From: Amphiscolops sp. MND2022
Lineage: Eukaryota
Reading direction: 5' to 3'
Assembly: GCA_964187785.1 (NCBI GenBank)
Contig: OZ076409.1
Location: forward strand, 96,288,001-96,352,000
Length of the DNA: 64,000 nt
Shown: positions 1 through 9,503 of the stretch, one piece after another
Numbering within the stretch: the stretch's first letter is position 1
Layout of the letters: each line of letters begins with the position of its first letter
Program-made: the position numbers and the translations under genes
The notes under the pieces: generated by a model
Databases searched by the model: none
What the model saw: the letters and a program-made list of their open reading frames with translations, nothing else
What the model was told of the DNA's origin: nothing

Positions 1-1201
1 AACCCCGAATGTTATGTAAATAGCCAACGGACGAACCGAAGATTATGAAACTTGCCTAAGATGTTCCCCTGTAACCCTAAGTAATATACACGAAAGATAT
101 ATTGATCGGTCCCCCACGCGCGGAGTAATGTTTTTAAGGCACGCGGGACCGGACGCACGGGCCCGACCGACAAAGACATTTTACCTTGGCTTGTAATACC
201 TCAAACGAACCGGAATGATGAATGTAGTCGATTACTAACAAGAAAGAAACCGTATTTATAACCCATGCGGGGGTGACCGCCTTAAGTAAACAAACGATAC
301 GCATATCAGGTAACTCGGTAACCACTAACCTTAGGATGATATAACTCGGCATGTAGCAACTTTGGATGACGACAAATAACTTCAAGGTCACGGACGGACC
401 TCAAGGTCATTTTAGATGCAACCCCGGAACATATAGGAAAACGTACAATAAAACATGTAAATCAGCGTCTTTAAGCGATAATTTATGCATTTCAGTCAGG
501 CGGAACGATTTGCGACGTATTGCACCTAGAACGATAGAAAAGTACCCCTTACGCGTAGGGAACATGTAAACCATGTAGTTGAAGGTCATTGAGCAATTTC
601 TTCGATGTTAAAAATATCTCGGGTGACTTGAATTATTATTGAAATGTGATCTTCGAACGAGATGTGAATTATTTGTCGATGGCGGCAAAGAATGTTTAGT
701 CGAAGTATAATTAGACGCGTTCACCATGCCATAAAAGGAATAGTAAACATGAAGGTAAACTCATGCAAATTTAAGACGCCGACGCCCTGTATGTAACGAA
801 AATGTCAAGTATGATAGAAAGTTAAGATGAAACCACCCAGAACACGCGCGACGAACAAATATAAATGAGGCGGATTCGAAGTATATTGGAATAATCAGAA
901 CCGAGTGAGAAGGCTGGGAGCAAGTTGAGTCTCGCGGAGACAAGATACTTCTTCGGATTAACACTCGCGCTTCTCGACAACTGAGTTAGAGAGCTACCGG
1001 CAAGTTGAGCCTTAAGACGAAGGCAAGAGACTTGGCTAAGCGAAAGAACTCGTTCGTCAGTAGTATTTCTGACGACAGAAATTGTACAAGTCCGTGGCTT
1101 GTGGTTGCATAGTTGGCTGAATTGTGGATACCGATCTTATCAGTTTAGTTAGACCTGATTGAAGGCTATAAAGAAGTTAACTGATTTTCGCTGTTGATTG
1201 T

Positions 1202-2929
1202 TGTCGCAGGCTGCCGCCTGTGACGGCACAAGGATTACAACAACGGCTGTTGGCCAGGATGTGGCCCCAGGAACTCTCCCTATCTATTAAAGTAAACTAA
1301 AACTTTCTCTTAAACTTTTACGTTGCTCATGTATTTTGTTGCCATATTATTTTAGAAAATAGCCAAAAAGGGCCGTACTGGGACGTATTCCCTTATTACC
1401 AAAACTTAGAATTATTGCACTTGTTGATTATTTATGGTCAACCTTAGTCTTGAATGTTAATTGTATATTAGTCTGTTAACATAGATTGTGTTGTGTTGTT
1501 GTATTATCAATGCAATGTAGTAATAATCAAAGATTATGGCAAGCAACTTAGAGAAAAAACGGAAACGAGTTCAAATGGACTCCTGTACTTTCTTGCCAAC
1601 GCCACTTGCGCTCACCCAATTAGCCAATCAGAGGCCTTCATTTTCGTGTGCTTTATTCTCTTTTGCCAATTACGGCCTTTGTACAAACCGGACGAAAGTG
1701 CTATTAATGCCGTTCAGGCAGTCGGCCTAATCCGGCTATTCAGTCCGCCATAAACAAAGCACTTGTGATTGATGCTAATTTCATGTAATGATATTTAGTC
1801 AATAGTTAGCTTTGTTAATCATGAAGTACCAATCTGAAGTGTTAATTGATGTTCTGTCGTACCATTAACAAATAGTTATCCAATTTGTTCTAAAATAGCT
1901 GTTGCATGAAATCTGATATTATTGCCTTATCAGGCCTTTTGCCATTGTACCCATGAAAGGTATTTAGACTAAACATATTTGTTGTGCTGCCACGTGCTAA
2001 AGTATGCGCACTTACATCAACAAATACCTGTTCAATGAAAATATTTTGCCAAATATGTAAACGATGCTAACGGTTGAATGATTGTTCCTTTGATGTATAA
2101 TATTTGGAATGGATAGCGTTCATCCCGTGACCATCAAAAATGCAGTCATATGATATTGTCTTAGTCAAAGAATGTAAAGAATGAGAGTGTCATTCTTTCG
2201 GGGGTATAAATACCCGTGCCTTTGAGAGAGGAGACACTTCTTAATTTGCTCTCTTCTGAAAAAGACTATCATATTAGTACAAACGGTTTCACTGTTTTTT
2301 TCGAGATATAGTCTAAATCAATTTTATATTCGAAGTTTTCCTTATGCCTACTACAAGAAAACAAAAGAAGGCTAGAACGTCCAGAGGACTAGAGATCCTT
2401 TCTGATATCGAAAATCTAGATATGATGTTAGGAGGCGATCGTTACAATGGAACTGAAAGAGAAAGGAGTTTAGACAGTAACTCCGTTAGAAGGAGAGAAA
2501 GTGTCATAAGTAATAACTTGGACAATGAGGGCGAAAGCCTATTTTCAAATTGCGGAAATGATGAACCTTGGACAAGTGCCGATCTTGGCCAATATTCAGC
2601 TGAAGCAAACTCACTAGCTGAGATAAACAGGTTGTCTAGCGAATTGAACTCTAGGATATCCCGTGAGATGGATGAAATGATGAGTAATGTTGATACGCTG
2701 ATCCAAAGGGCCATTAATGAGGCTATTAGCAGTCAAGTATTGCCTCAAATACAGAATGTCATAATGGCCGGATCAGGCCGACAGACCAGAAGGGGATGGG
2801 AAGTCCCAGTTGAGAGATCGGAAGCAAATGCCGAGGAACAGCGAATTCCAAACGCTAAGGCCGACTGTAGAAATGAACAGAATGATGGATACCGATCTGG
2901 TGGACCATCTGCCCGTCACGTTCATGACA
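1202..2929 (+). repeat. E1 5' LTR (1728 bp), contains the gag 5' end
   Basis: Matches 15479-17206 at constant offset 14277 with roughly 15 substitutions seen by eye; TG...CA ends. Confidence 0.96.
2205..2212 (+). promoter_or_regulatory. Candidate LTR TATA box
   Basis: GGGG-TATAAATA about 140 bp upstream of the gag ATG; E2 has GGGG-TATATATA at the equivalent place (minus strand, ~31242-31253). Confidence 0.55.
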
Positions 2930-4056
2930 TGGTGACAGGAGACAACGAATCTCCACTTCAAGTTCCCGAGTTTCTCACGGGACGAGTCTCATCCAGAAAC
3001 CATCTCGACAGGTCCTATGAGGACATCAACCTTGACACGACGATCCCAGTGCAAGAGAGAAATGCTCCGGCTGCTCAAACTGACCCTATTACTCGACTGG
3101 CAGATGTCTTGACAACGATGCAGAATAGGCCGACAGCCCAACAACTCACTATACGCACAGTCAATTCCAACACAATGACTTTTGATGGCAAGAGTGAAAA
3201 ATTCGAGCTGTTTGAGGACCTGTTCCACACGATGATCAAGATGCAACCGGAAATGACGGAACAGATGAAAATAAATCACTTCCACTCACTGCTGAGGAAG
3301 AATGCTCTCCAAACCTTCCGGAACATCAGCTCGAGCAATAGACAGACTTTAGAGGACGTATTGGTAATATTCAGACGAAAATACGTCAAGCCCGAATCAC
3401 AGGCGACTGCCAAACATAAATGGCACCGTCTAGTCTTTGATCCCAACACGGTGAAACTGCCAGATTTCCTTGAAGAATTAAATCAAGGGGCAGAAAAAGC
3501 ATTCGGTGATCACGCGCAGAAAATGATTGACAGTTTGCTCTACGCAAAACTGCCACCAAAACTGAAGCGGTCTGTAAACATGGCCAGACTCGAAAACGGC
3601 TCTTATGACGAAATAGTTGCTCATTTAGAGAGAGAGTTAGAACTAAATGCCCTTGAGGAATCAGACGACCTACCAATGGCCACAATGACCTCCTCGACAA
3701 CAAAATCCAAGACTCCTCTAACTACTGGGCAAATGTCGGACATCACTTGCAACTATTGCAAGGAGAAGGGCCATATAGTCAAAGACTGTGAAAAATTGAA
3801 GAAGAAAAAGGGAAAAGATGCCCAACAAGGCAAACAAACTCAGAAAAAGACGTATCCGGAGTGTGGCACTTGTGGTAAAAAGAACCACCCGGAAGAAAGA
3901 TGTTGGCAAGGTGCTGGTGCGCATCTCAAACCCAAACGCACCAGACCAGATGACGCTAATGACGGTAAACCCAATTCAAAGGCGCAGAAACCACAAAACA
4001 GGTCAACATCTTCCAACTCACAGGCCTCATCTTCCAATGATGAGTCAAAAAACTAA
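2344..4056 (+). CDS. gag: Gag (570 aa) with CCHC zinc knuckles
   Basis: CNYCKEKGHIVKDC and CGTCGKKNHPEERC knuckles, capsid-like TFDGK...F region; ORF starts inside the LTR. Confidence 0.93.
   Translation: MPTTRKQKKARTSRGLEILSDIENLDMMLGGDRYNGTERERSLDSNSVRRRESVISNNLDNEGESLFSNCGNDEPWTSADLGQYSAEANSLAEINRLSSELNSRISREMDEMMSNVDTLIQRAINEAISSQVLPQIQNVIMAGSGRQTRRGWEVPVERSEANAEEQRIPNAKADCRNEQNDGYRSGGPSARHVHDMVTGDNESPLQVPEFLTGRVSSRNHLDRSYEDINLDTTIPVQERNAPAAQTDPITRLADVLTTMQNRPTAQQLTIRTVNSNTMTFDGKSEKFELFEDLFHTMIKMQPEMTEQMKINHFHSLLRKNALQTFRNISSSNRQTLEDVLVIFRRKYVKPESQATAKHKWHRLVFDPNTVKLPDFLEELNQGAEKAFGDHAQKMIDSLLYAKLPPKLKRSVNMARLENGSYDEIVAHLERELELNALEESDDLPMATMTSSTTKSKTPLTTGQMSDITCNYCKEKGHIVKDCEKLKKKKGKDAQQGKQTQKKTYPECGTCGKKNHPEERCWQGAGAHLKPKRTRPDDANDGKPNSKAQKPQNRSTSSNSQASSSNDESKN
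2930..2941 (+). promoter_or_regulatory. Primer-binding site TGGTGACAGGAG (inside gag)
   Basis: Begins with TGG directly after the LTR-terminal CA; identical 12 nt in E2 (30496-30507, minus) and E3 (36462-36473); cognate tRNA not identified. Confidence 0.85.
4047..4053 (+). promoter_or_regulatory. -1 ribosomal frameshift slippery heptamer A AAA AAC
   Basis: X XXY YYZ heptamer immediately before the gag stop; the -1 frame is open from here into pol. Confidence 0.8.
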
Positions 4057-7000
4057 CTTCGCCACGACTCCAATACAATCAACTAATATCCGTCCGTCAA
4101 TACATCAGGTCGGATCCTCCAACAAAAACTTTCCATGAATATCAACAACAATTGATGGGTTACCCCTCTGTTGTCTGGCAGCAACAGATGGAGAAGGCCA
4201 TTGTTATTACCTATAATAATACCCATCTGTTCCAAAAACCAATTCATGTTTGGGATCCTGACTACACAACCACCTTTTCAACCCGATTCAGGCCCATTCC
4301 CTTGATCGACGATTACAATCCAACGTACATCGACCCAGATTATGGCAGAGATCCCTATTGGGACATTGAGATTTACAACCAGGACCTCCTACAATTCCAA
4401 TATGTCCTGGATGATATAGCCCATTACCAAACTACAGTCCACGAAAACCCTCCGATAACCCATAACAAGAAAACCAAAGCACTAATCGAAAACTGGCAAA
4501 TGAATGATGGGACTCACCATCCAGTATTCCCGAACCCTTTGGGAACCGAAATTAACGAAGCCAGTACAGAACCAATTCCACAATCACTATTGGACGAGAA
4601 ACAATTCCAAAATATCCTCATCACCAAAGATGGTGAACCAGACTGTATACCACTTTCGACCAGTATCAACCTTAAATGCAAAAAGCGAATGTTGTACTTC
4701 CCGATGGACTTTGGGGAATTAACCATAGACGGCCTAATTGACACTGGAGCACTTTCCAGTGCAATCCCTGAAATTGACCTCCGGAAAATCCGACTTCTAT
4801 CACCACAATCAGTTATCCGAGAAGGTCCGCCTCCGAATTTTCAAATAATGGTCGCAAATGGCCAATTAGAAACTCCCAAGAGTACCATAGAGCTCAAATT
4901 TGAGGTTGGTGACATTGAGTTCCATGAAATCTTCATAGTAATGGAGAATCTAACGGGACCGATCATTGGACTAATGTTCCTTCAACGAAATCATACAGTA
5001 CTGGACATGAGACAAGGAATTTTGAATTTCCCGTTCTTTTCAATGCAGCTCAAAACAGCTGACCATAAGTACTCAAACGTACTTGAACCAATCCTCAACC
5101 CTACTGAAACAACCATTCCGCCAAATGATAGAGTCCTAATCCGGACTAACTCCTTACTATACCCTGAAAATGCTGTTACTGGGATTTTGCAACCGAGCGA
5201 CCTTCTACATGAAGAAGGCGACATCACATTCTGCCCAGCCTTGGTCACTCTGAATGACGGCAATATATCGATATCAGTGAGCAATTTCACAGACCACCCT
5301 TATAAACTCAAAAAGGGACTACATATTGCCAATTTCTCCGTCATGACACCAGAACAGATGAAGTATGTTAAACCGGTAGATCCAGCATCAACCTGGCACC
5401 TTTTGCAGATTGACCAGAAGCAATCAGCCCATTATGTCAGCAGTCTCATCAAAACCAATAGAAATCCACAAAACTCCGAAAATTATTGGTTCCCAACTCC
5501 AGAAAACCCTGGAAATCCTGAGGAACACACACCTATACAAAAACGAATCCTACGCGAATTACAGACCCTACAGGACCTGGAGACACTCGACCCCACCACA
5601 GATGCAGAATCGCGTGCAAAATTCTTAGAAAACTTCGACTGGAAAGATTCCACCCTTACTCCTGAAGAGAAGGAGAAAATAGAGGAATTGTTAGTGGAAT
5701 TCCACGACATCTTTGCACGACACCGATTTGATATAGGCATGAACGAGGACTTCAAGGTGGAACTGACGCCTAAGGATGATTCCCCGGCCTATAGTCAAAG
5801 CCTCCCAGCTCCTATCAATCTGAAGGAGGATATCCTAGTCGAATTAGCCATGTTACACAAATATGGCATCATCACCACCCTACCGTTCTCGAAATATGCG
5901 AGTCCAATATTCGCACAAAAGAAACCGAACGGAAAACTCCGACTCTTGGTTGACTTGAGAAAAATCAACAACCTCATCTCAGATGATTATATCAACAACA
6001 ATCATCCCGTCAGTACACTAGTTGACGCCGCCCAACACTTGGCAGGCAAAAAACTGTTCTGTAAATTAGACTGTTCTCAGGCATACCACTGCCTACCAAT
6101 GGCTGACCAACGTTCAATCGAAATGTTGGCTTTCAATTTTGCCAGTCGCACATTCGCCTACAGACGTTTGGCACAAGGCCTTAGCCGGTCACTATCCGCA
6201 TTCTCGAGTTTCATGAGGGAATACCTCGACAAAGTCATCAAAGCGGATCAGTGCGCCCAGTATGTGGACGATATCGGCATCGCAGCCAATGATGTTGACC
6301 ACCTCATGACGAACCTGAGAGCTACATTCAAATGCATTCAGGAAGCAGGCCTTAAGTTAACAATGCACAAATGTCATTTCGGTGCAAAAGAAATCGATTT
6401 TCTCGGACGGACTATTACCCCACAAGGCGTCAAACCCCAGAAACAGAATGTGCAAAACTTTCTGGAAAAGACTAAATTCCCGAAGTCGAAAAAGGCTTTA
6501 CAGCGCTATTTGGGATTCCTAAACTACTACAGGAATTATGTCCCAAGACTCTCCGAACGCCTTGCTCCATTCTACAAGATGCTCAAAAGTGACGAAAAGG
6601 TCCTAGTATCGAAAGAATTAGTCCAACAATTCGAAGAAATCAATAGAGCGCTAGACAAATGTTGCGACTTGGCCCTACAACAAACCATTCCGAACAAACA
6701 AATAGCACTAATGACTGATGCAAGTTTTGGTGCAGCTGGATACGCGGTCCTAATCGAAGACGACCCAAGCCAGAAATATACGTCACTCAGAAAATCATAT
6801 GCACCAGTAGCATATGGATCAAAAACTTTCACCCCAGCGCAGATAAAGATGTCAATTTACGCCAAGGAATTCCTTGCAATTTATTTTGCATTCAAAGAAT
6901 TCGGACATATCTTCTGGGGTGCGCCGAAACCGGTCATCATCCTTACAGACAACAAAGCTGTCACGAGATTTTTCCAAACGAAAATAATACCCCCAGCCCT

Positions 7001-9260
7001 GTGGAACGCGTGTGATTATGTCATTCAATTCAATTTTGTCATAGCACACATCCCAGGGGCACAAAACACAGCTGCCGACTATTTGTCCCGATTAGAAGCA
7101 GATCCGAAGGACAAATTGGTGATGAAAATTCGTGAAGATGTACAGACACTACCAATCGAAATCAATGTCCAATCCGCAGGGGTGTCGCAAGAAGAACAAA
7201 TCTTCTACACCAATGACGACGATGAGACAGAAGAACAGTTTTGGGCAAGAAAAGAAGCAATCAGGAAAAATCCAGCAACTGATGAGCCCACTGTTACTAT
7301 ACAAACTCTGTCAACAAATCTGGTCAAACAACACCCCGATATACAAGTCCGATTGAGGAAAACGAACCAGATCATTATCGAGCAATCCAAAGATGCGGTA
7401 CTACAACAATTGAAAGCAAAACTGCTTCATGACGAGTATTCAGAAAATCTACTGCACCAGGATGCCCGATATAGACATTACGCAAACAATCTGGAACGAA
7501 TTGTACTAAAGGACGAAATCCTGACAAGGCAATATTTCGATGAAACAGGGAATGTTAAATACCATCAAATTTTACTCCCGCAACATTTACTCCAGGAATT
7601 GCTCCAATCTCTTCACGGGACAGCGCATAAACATCCCGGGATTTCAAAAATGCTGCAGGAAATTCGACAGAGATATTACTACCCTAGCATGGCTAAACAC
7701 GTCAAAAAGTGGGTAGAAGGGTGCGAACGATGTGCCAGAGACAAAAGAGTCCCTAATGCAACGATCACACCTGAGCTGCTCAACTTGCCCGAATGGGACC
7801 TTGGACCTGAAGACGCCATGCAAATCGACCTATTGCCGAATCTTCCCCCAAGTGGAGGGTATGAAAATGTCCTAACAGCAATTGACGTATTTTCCAGATA
7901 CTTGTTCGCATATCCTCTTACGGACTCATCAGCAATCAATGTGGCGAAAGCGCTCATTGATATCATGACCAAGCATGCATATCTGCCAACAACCCTTATT
8001 ACTGATAAAGGAACTGCATTTACTTCTACAATTATCGCGGAGGTTACGCAGATTTTGGGCATCACACTCAAATGTGCAACGACAAAGCACCCGCAAACAA
8101 TTGGGAAATTAGAGCGGACCCATGCCTCATTAAAGACGAATCTCAAAATGGCATGCGGGGAATACCGCCGACAATGGCATAAGTACTTGCCATTAGCAGT
8201 ACTTAATCATAATACTAGCTATCATGCCAGCATCGGTTGTGAACCAACAAGGGTATTCCATGGCAGAATTCCCTATAATATTCTAGATCACAAGCTTGGA
8301 AATAATCCAAACGAAAAAATCAGCCCTACAACCGAATTTGCTGAAGAAATCCAAAACCGGACAAAAATCCTGATTGACAAAACGAAGCAGAACATTATGC
8401 AGTCGTATATCAAGTACAAAGAATATTACGACCGTAAAGCAAAAGCTGCTCCACTAAAGGAGAACGAATACTGTTTTGTCTTACAACCGAAAGCGGACAA
8501 TCAAGGATCAAAAATTCCATTCCGTGATTACCGTTGGGTTGGACCATTTGTAGTCCAAAAAGCTTTGCCAAATGAAAACTATATAGTACGACGCATCAAT
8601 ACGAACAAAACTCAAATTTTGCATCGCATTCGTCTCAAGAAGTTAGTCCCCAATCAACCGCTTGAGGATGATTTCCGAGAACAACAGCTGCAACCAGACG
8701 AAGAAATCGTCATTCCGCAAGATGATTTATACGTCATAACGTGGGAAACAGATTTTGGCGAGCAGCTAATTACACGAGGCAACGAGCCTATTCCGACTAG
8801 CGTGCCGAATGGCGAACAACCGAATGCGGCGCAGCCGAATACAAGTGACGCACACGAGAATGAAGTGGATTATGTAATCACGAGTGATAAATCAAATCTT
8901 GCCGATCGTGCGTCGCATAGCCGGAATGAACGATTAATTGATGACGTCACTACAAGAAATGAAGCTAGTGAACAGTCTAGAAATGAAGAACCTGATTGGC
9001 CGAATCCGGCCATTTCCCCAAAAAGCCACGAAAAATCTTTGCCGGATACGGCAGAAAGCCCAAAAGACAAGGAAATTTTCCCATATGAAAATCTGCGAAC
9101 CGAAACTGATGCACAAAAATCTCCAAGAAGGAAGGATGATATTATTGTGCCCGAAATATCTGAAAACGATGCTAGAAATGAAAGTCTGAGCCCTAGAGGA
9201 GGGAAATATAACCTCAGGCCTAACCCTAACCCAAACTACTCAGAAGACTACAGATATTAG
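4047..9260 (+). CDS. pol: Pol polyprotein (protease, dUTPase-like spacer, RT, RNase H, integrase), expressed as Gag-Pol
   Basis: LIDTGA protease, YVDD RT, TDAS RNase H, HHCC plus DDE integrase, WVGPF (GPY/F) motif; ORF-track 4152-9260 extends in frame back to the slippery site. Confidence 0.96.
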   Translation, partial: KKLTSPRLQYNQLISVRQYIRSDPPTKTFHEYQQQLMGYPSVVWQQQMEKAIVITYNNTHLFQKPIHVWDPDYTTTFSTRFRPIPLIDDYNPTYIDPDYGRDPYWDIEIYNQDLLQFQYVLDDIAHYQTTVHENPPITHNKKTKALIENWQMNDGTHHPVFPNPLGTEINEASTEPIPQSLLDEKQFQNILITKDGEPDCIPLSTSINLKCKKRMLYFPMDFGELTIDGLIDTGALSSAIPEIDLRKIRLLSPQSVIREGPPPNFQIMVANGQLETPKSTIELKFEVGDIEFHEIFIVMENLTGPIIGLMFLQRNHTVLDMRQGILNFPFFSMQLKTADHKYSNVLEPILNPTETTIPPNDRVLIRTNSLLYPENAVTGILQPSDLLHEEGDITFCPALVTLNDGNISISVSNFTDHPYKLKKGLHIANFSVMTPEQMKYVKPVDPASTWHLLQIDQKQSAHYVSSLIKTNRNPQNSENYWFPTPENPGNPEEHTPIQKRILRELQTLQDLETLDPTTDAESRAKFLENFDWKDSTLTPEEKEKIEELLVEFHDIFARHRFDIGMNEDFKVELTPKDDSPAYSQSLPAPINLKEDILVELAMLHKYGIITTLPFSKYASPIFAQKKPNGKLRLLVDLRKINNLISDDYINNNHPVSTLVDAAQHLAGKKLFCKLDCSQAYHCLPMADQRSIEMLAFNFASRTFAYRRLAQGLSRSLSAFSSFMREYLDKVIKADQCAQYVDDIGIAANDVDHLMTNLRATFKCIQEAGLKLTMHKCHFGAKEIDFLGRTITPQGVKPQKQNVQNFLEKTKFPKSKKALQRYLGFLNYYRNYVPRLSERLAPFYKMLKSDEKVLVSKELVQQFEEINRALDKCCDLALQQTIPNKQIALMTDASFGAAGYAVLIEDDPSQKYTSLRKSYAPVAYGSKTFTPAQIKMSIYAKEFLAIYFAFKEFGHIFWGAPKPVIILTDNKAVTRFFQTKIIPPALWNACDYVIQFNFVIAHIPGAQNTAADYLSRLEADPKDKLVMKIREDVQTLPIEINVQSAGVSQEEQIFYTNDDDETEEQFWARKEAIRKNPATDEPTVTIQTLSTNLVKQHPDIQVRLRKTNQIIIEQSKDAVLQQLKAKLLHDEYSENLLHQDARYRHYANNLERIVLKDEILTRQYFDETGNVKYHQILLPQHLLQELLQSLHGTAHKHPGISKMLQEIRQRYYYPSMAKHVKKWVEGCERCARDKRVPNATITPELLNLPEWDLGPEDAMQIDLLPNLPPSGGYENVLTAIDVFSRYLFAYPLTDSSAINVAKALIDIMTKHAYLPTTLITDKGTAFTSTIIAEVTQILGITLKCATTKHPQTIGKLERTHASLKTNLKMACGEYRRQWHKYLPLAVLNHNTSYHASIGCEPTRVFHGRIPYNILDHKLGNNPNEKISPTTEFAEEIQNRTKILIDKTKQNIMQSYIKYKEYYDRKAKAAPLKENEYCFVLQPKADNQGSKIPFRDYRWVGPFVVQKALPNENYIVRRINTNKTQILHRIRLKKLVPNQPLEDDFREQQLQPDEEIVIPQDDLYVITWETDFGEQLITRGNEPIPTSVPNGEQPNAAQPNTSDAHENEVDYVITSDKSNLADRASHSRNERLIDDVTTRNEASEQSRNEEPDWPNPAISPKSHEKSLPDTAESPKDKEIFPYENLRTETDAQKSPRRKDDIIVPEISENDARNESLSPRGGKYNLRPNPNPNYSEDYRY

Positions 9261-9503
9261 AGAAAATTAAATTCGGCTCAGGAAATCAGCCCTGAACTGT
9301 TTTATTCTCTTCTCTTTTACTTTTCTTTTTACTAGTCCCATGCAGCAGTATCTTTTGAATAAATAATGGGACACTTGGACGATCCCTTACAAAGAAGATA
9401 AATACGGGATCAGAAAAATCGAGAGCAACAAAATGAAATAAATAATACAAACAGAAAATCAACAAAGTTTACAGTCTGTAAGTACATAAATACATATGTA
9501 CAA

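Noticed and set aside
1..1201. Flank may be another TE into which E1 inserted
   Set aside because: No termini, second copy or coding motif inside the window to support a call
1493..1753. Short ORFs in LTR U3 regions (also 25577-26070, 35167-35382 and their copies)
   Set aside because: Duplicated only because the LTR is duplicated; not conserved between subfamilies
4504..9189. Many short overlapping or antisense ORFs within pol
   Set aside because: Shadow frames of a long coding sequence with no independent motifs
9219..9236. CCTAACCCTAACCC telomere-like repeat (also ~42407-42424)
   Set aside because: It encodes the conserved PNPNPN of the Pol C-terminus; E2 uses different synonymous codons
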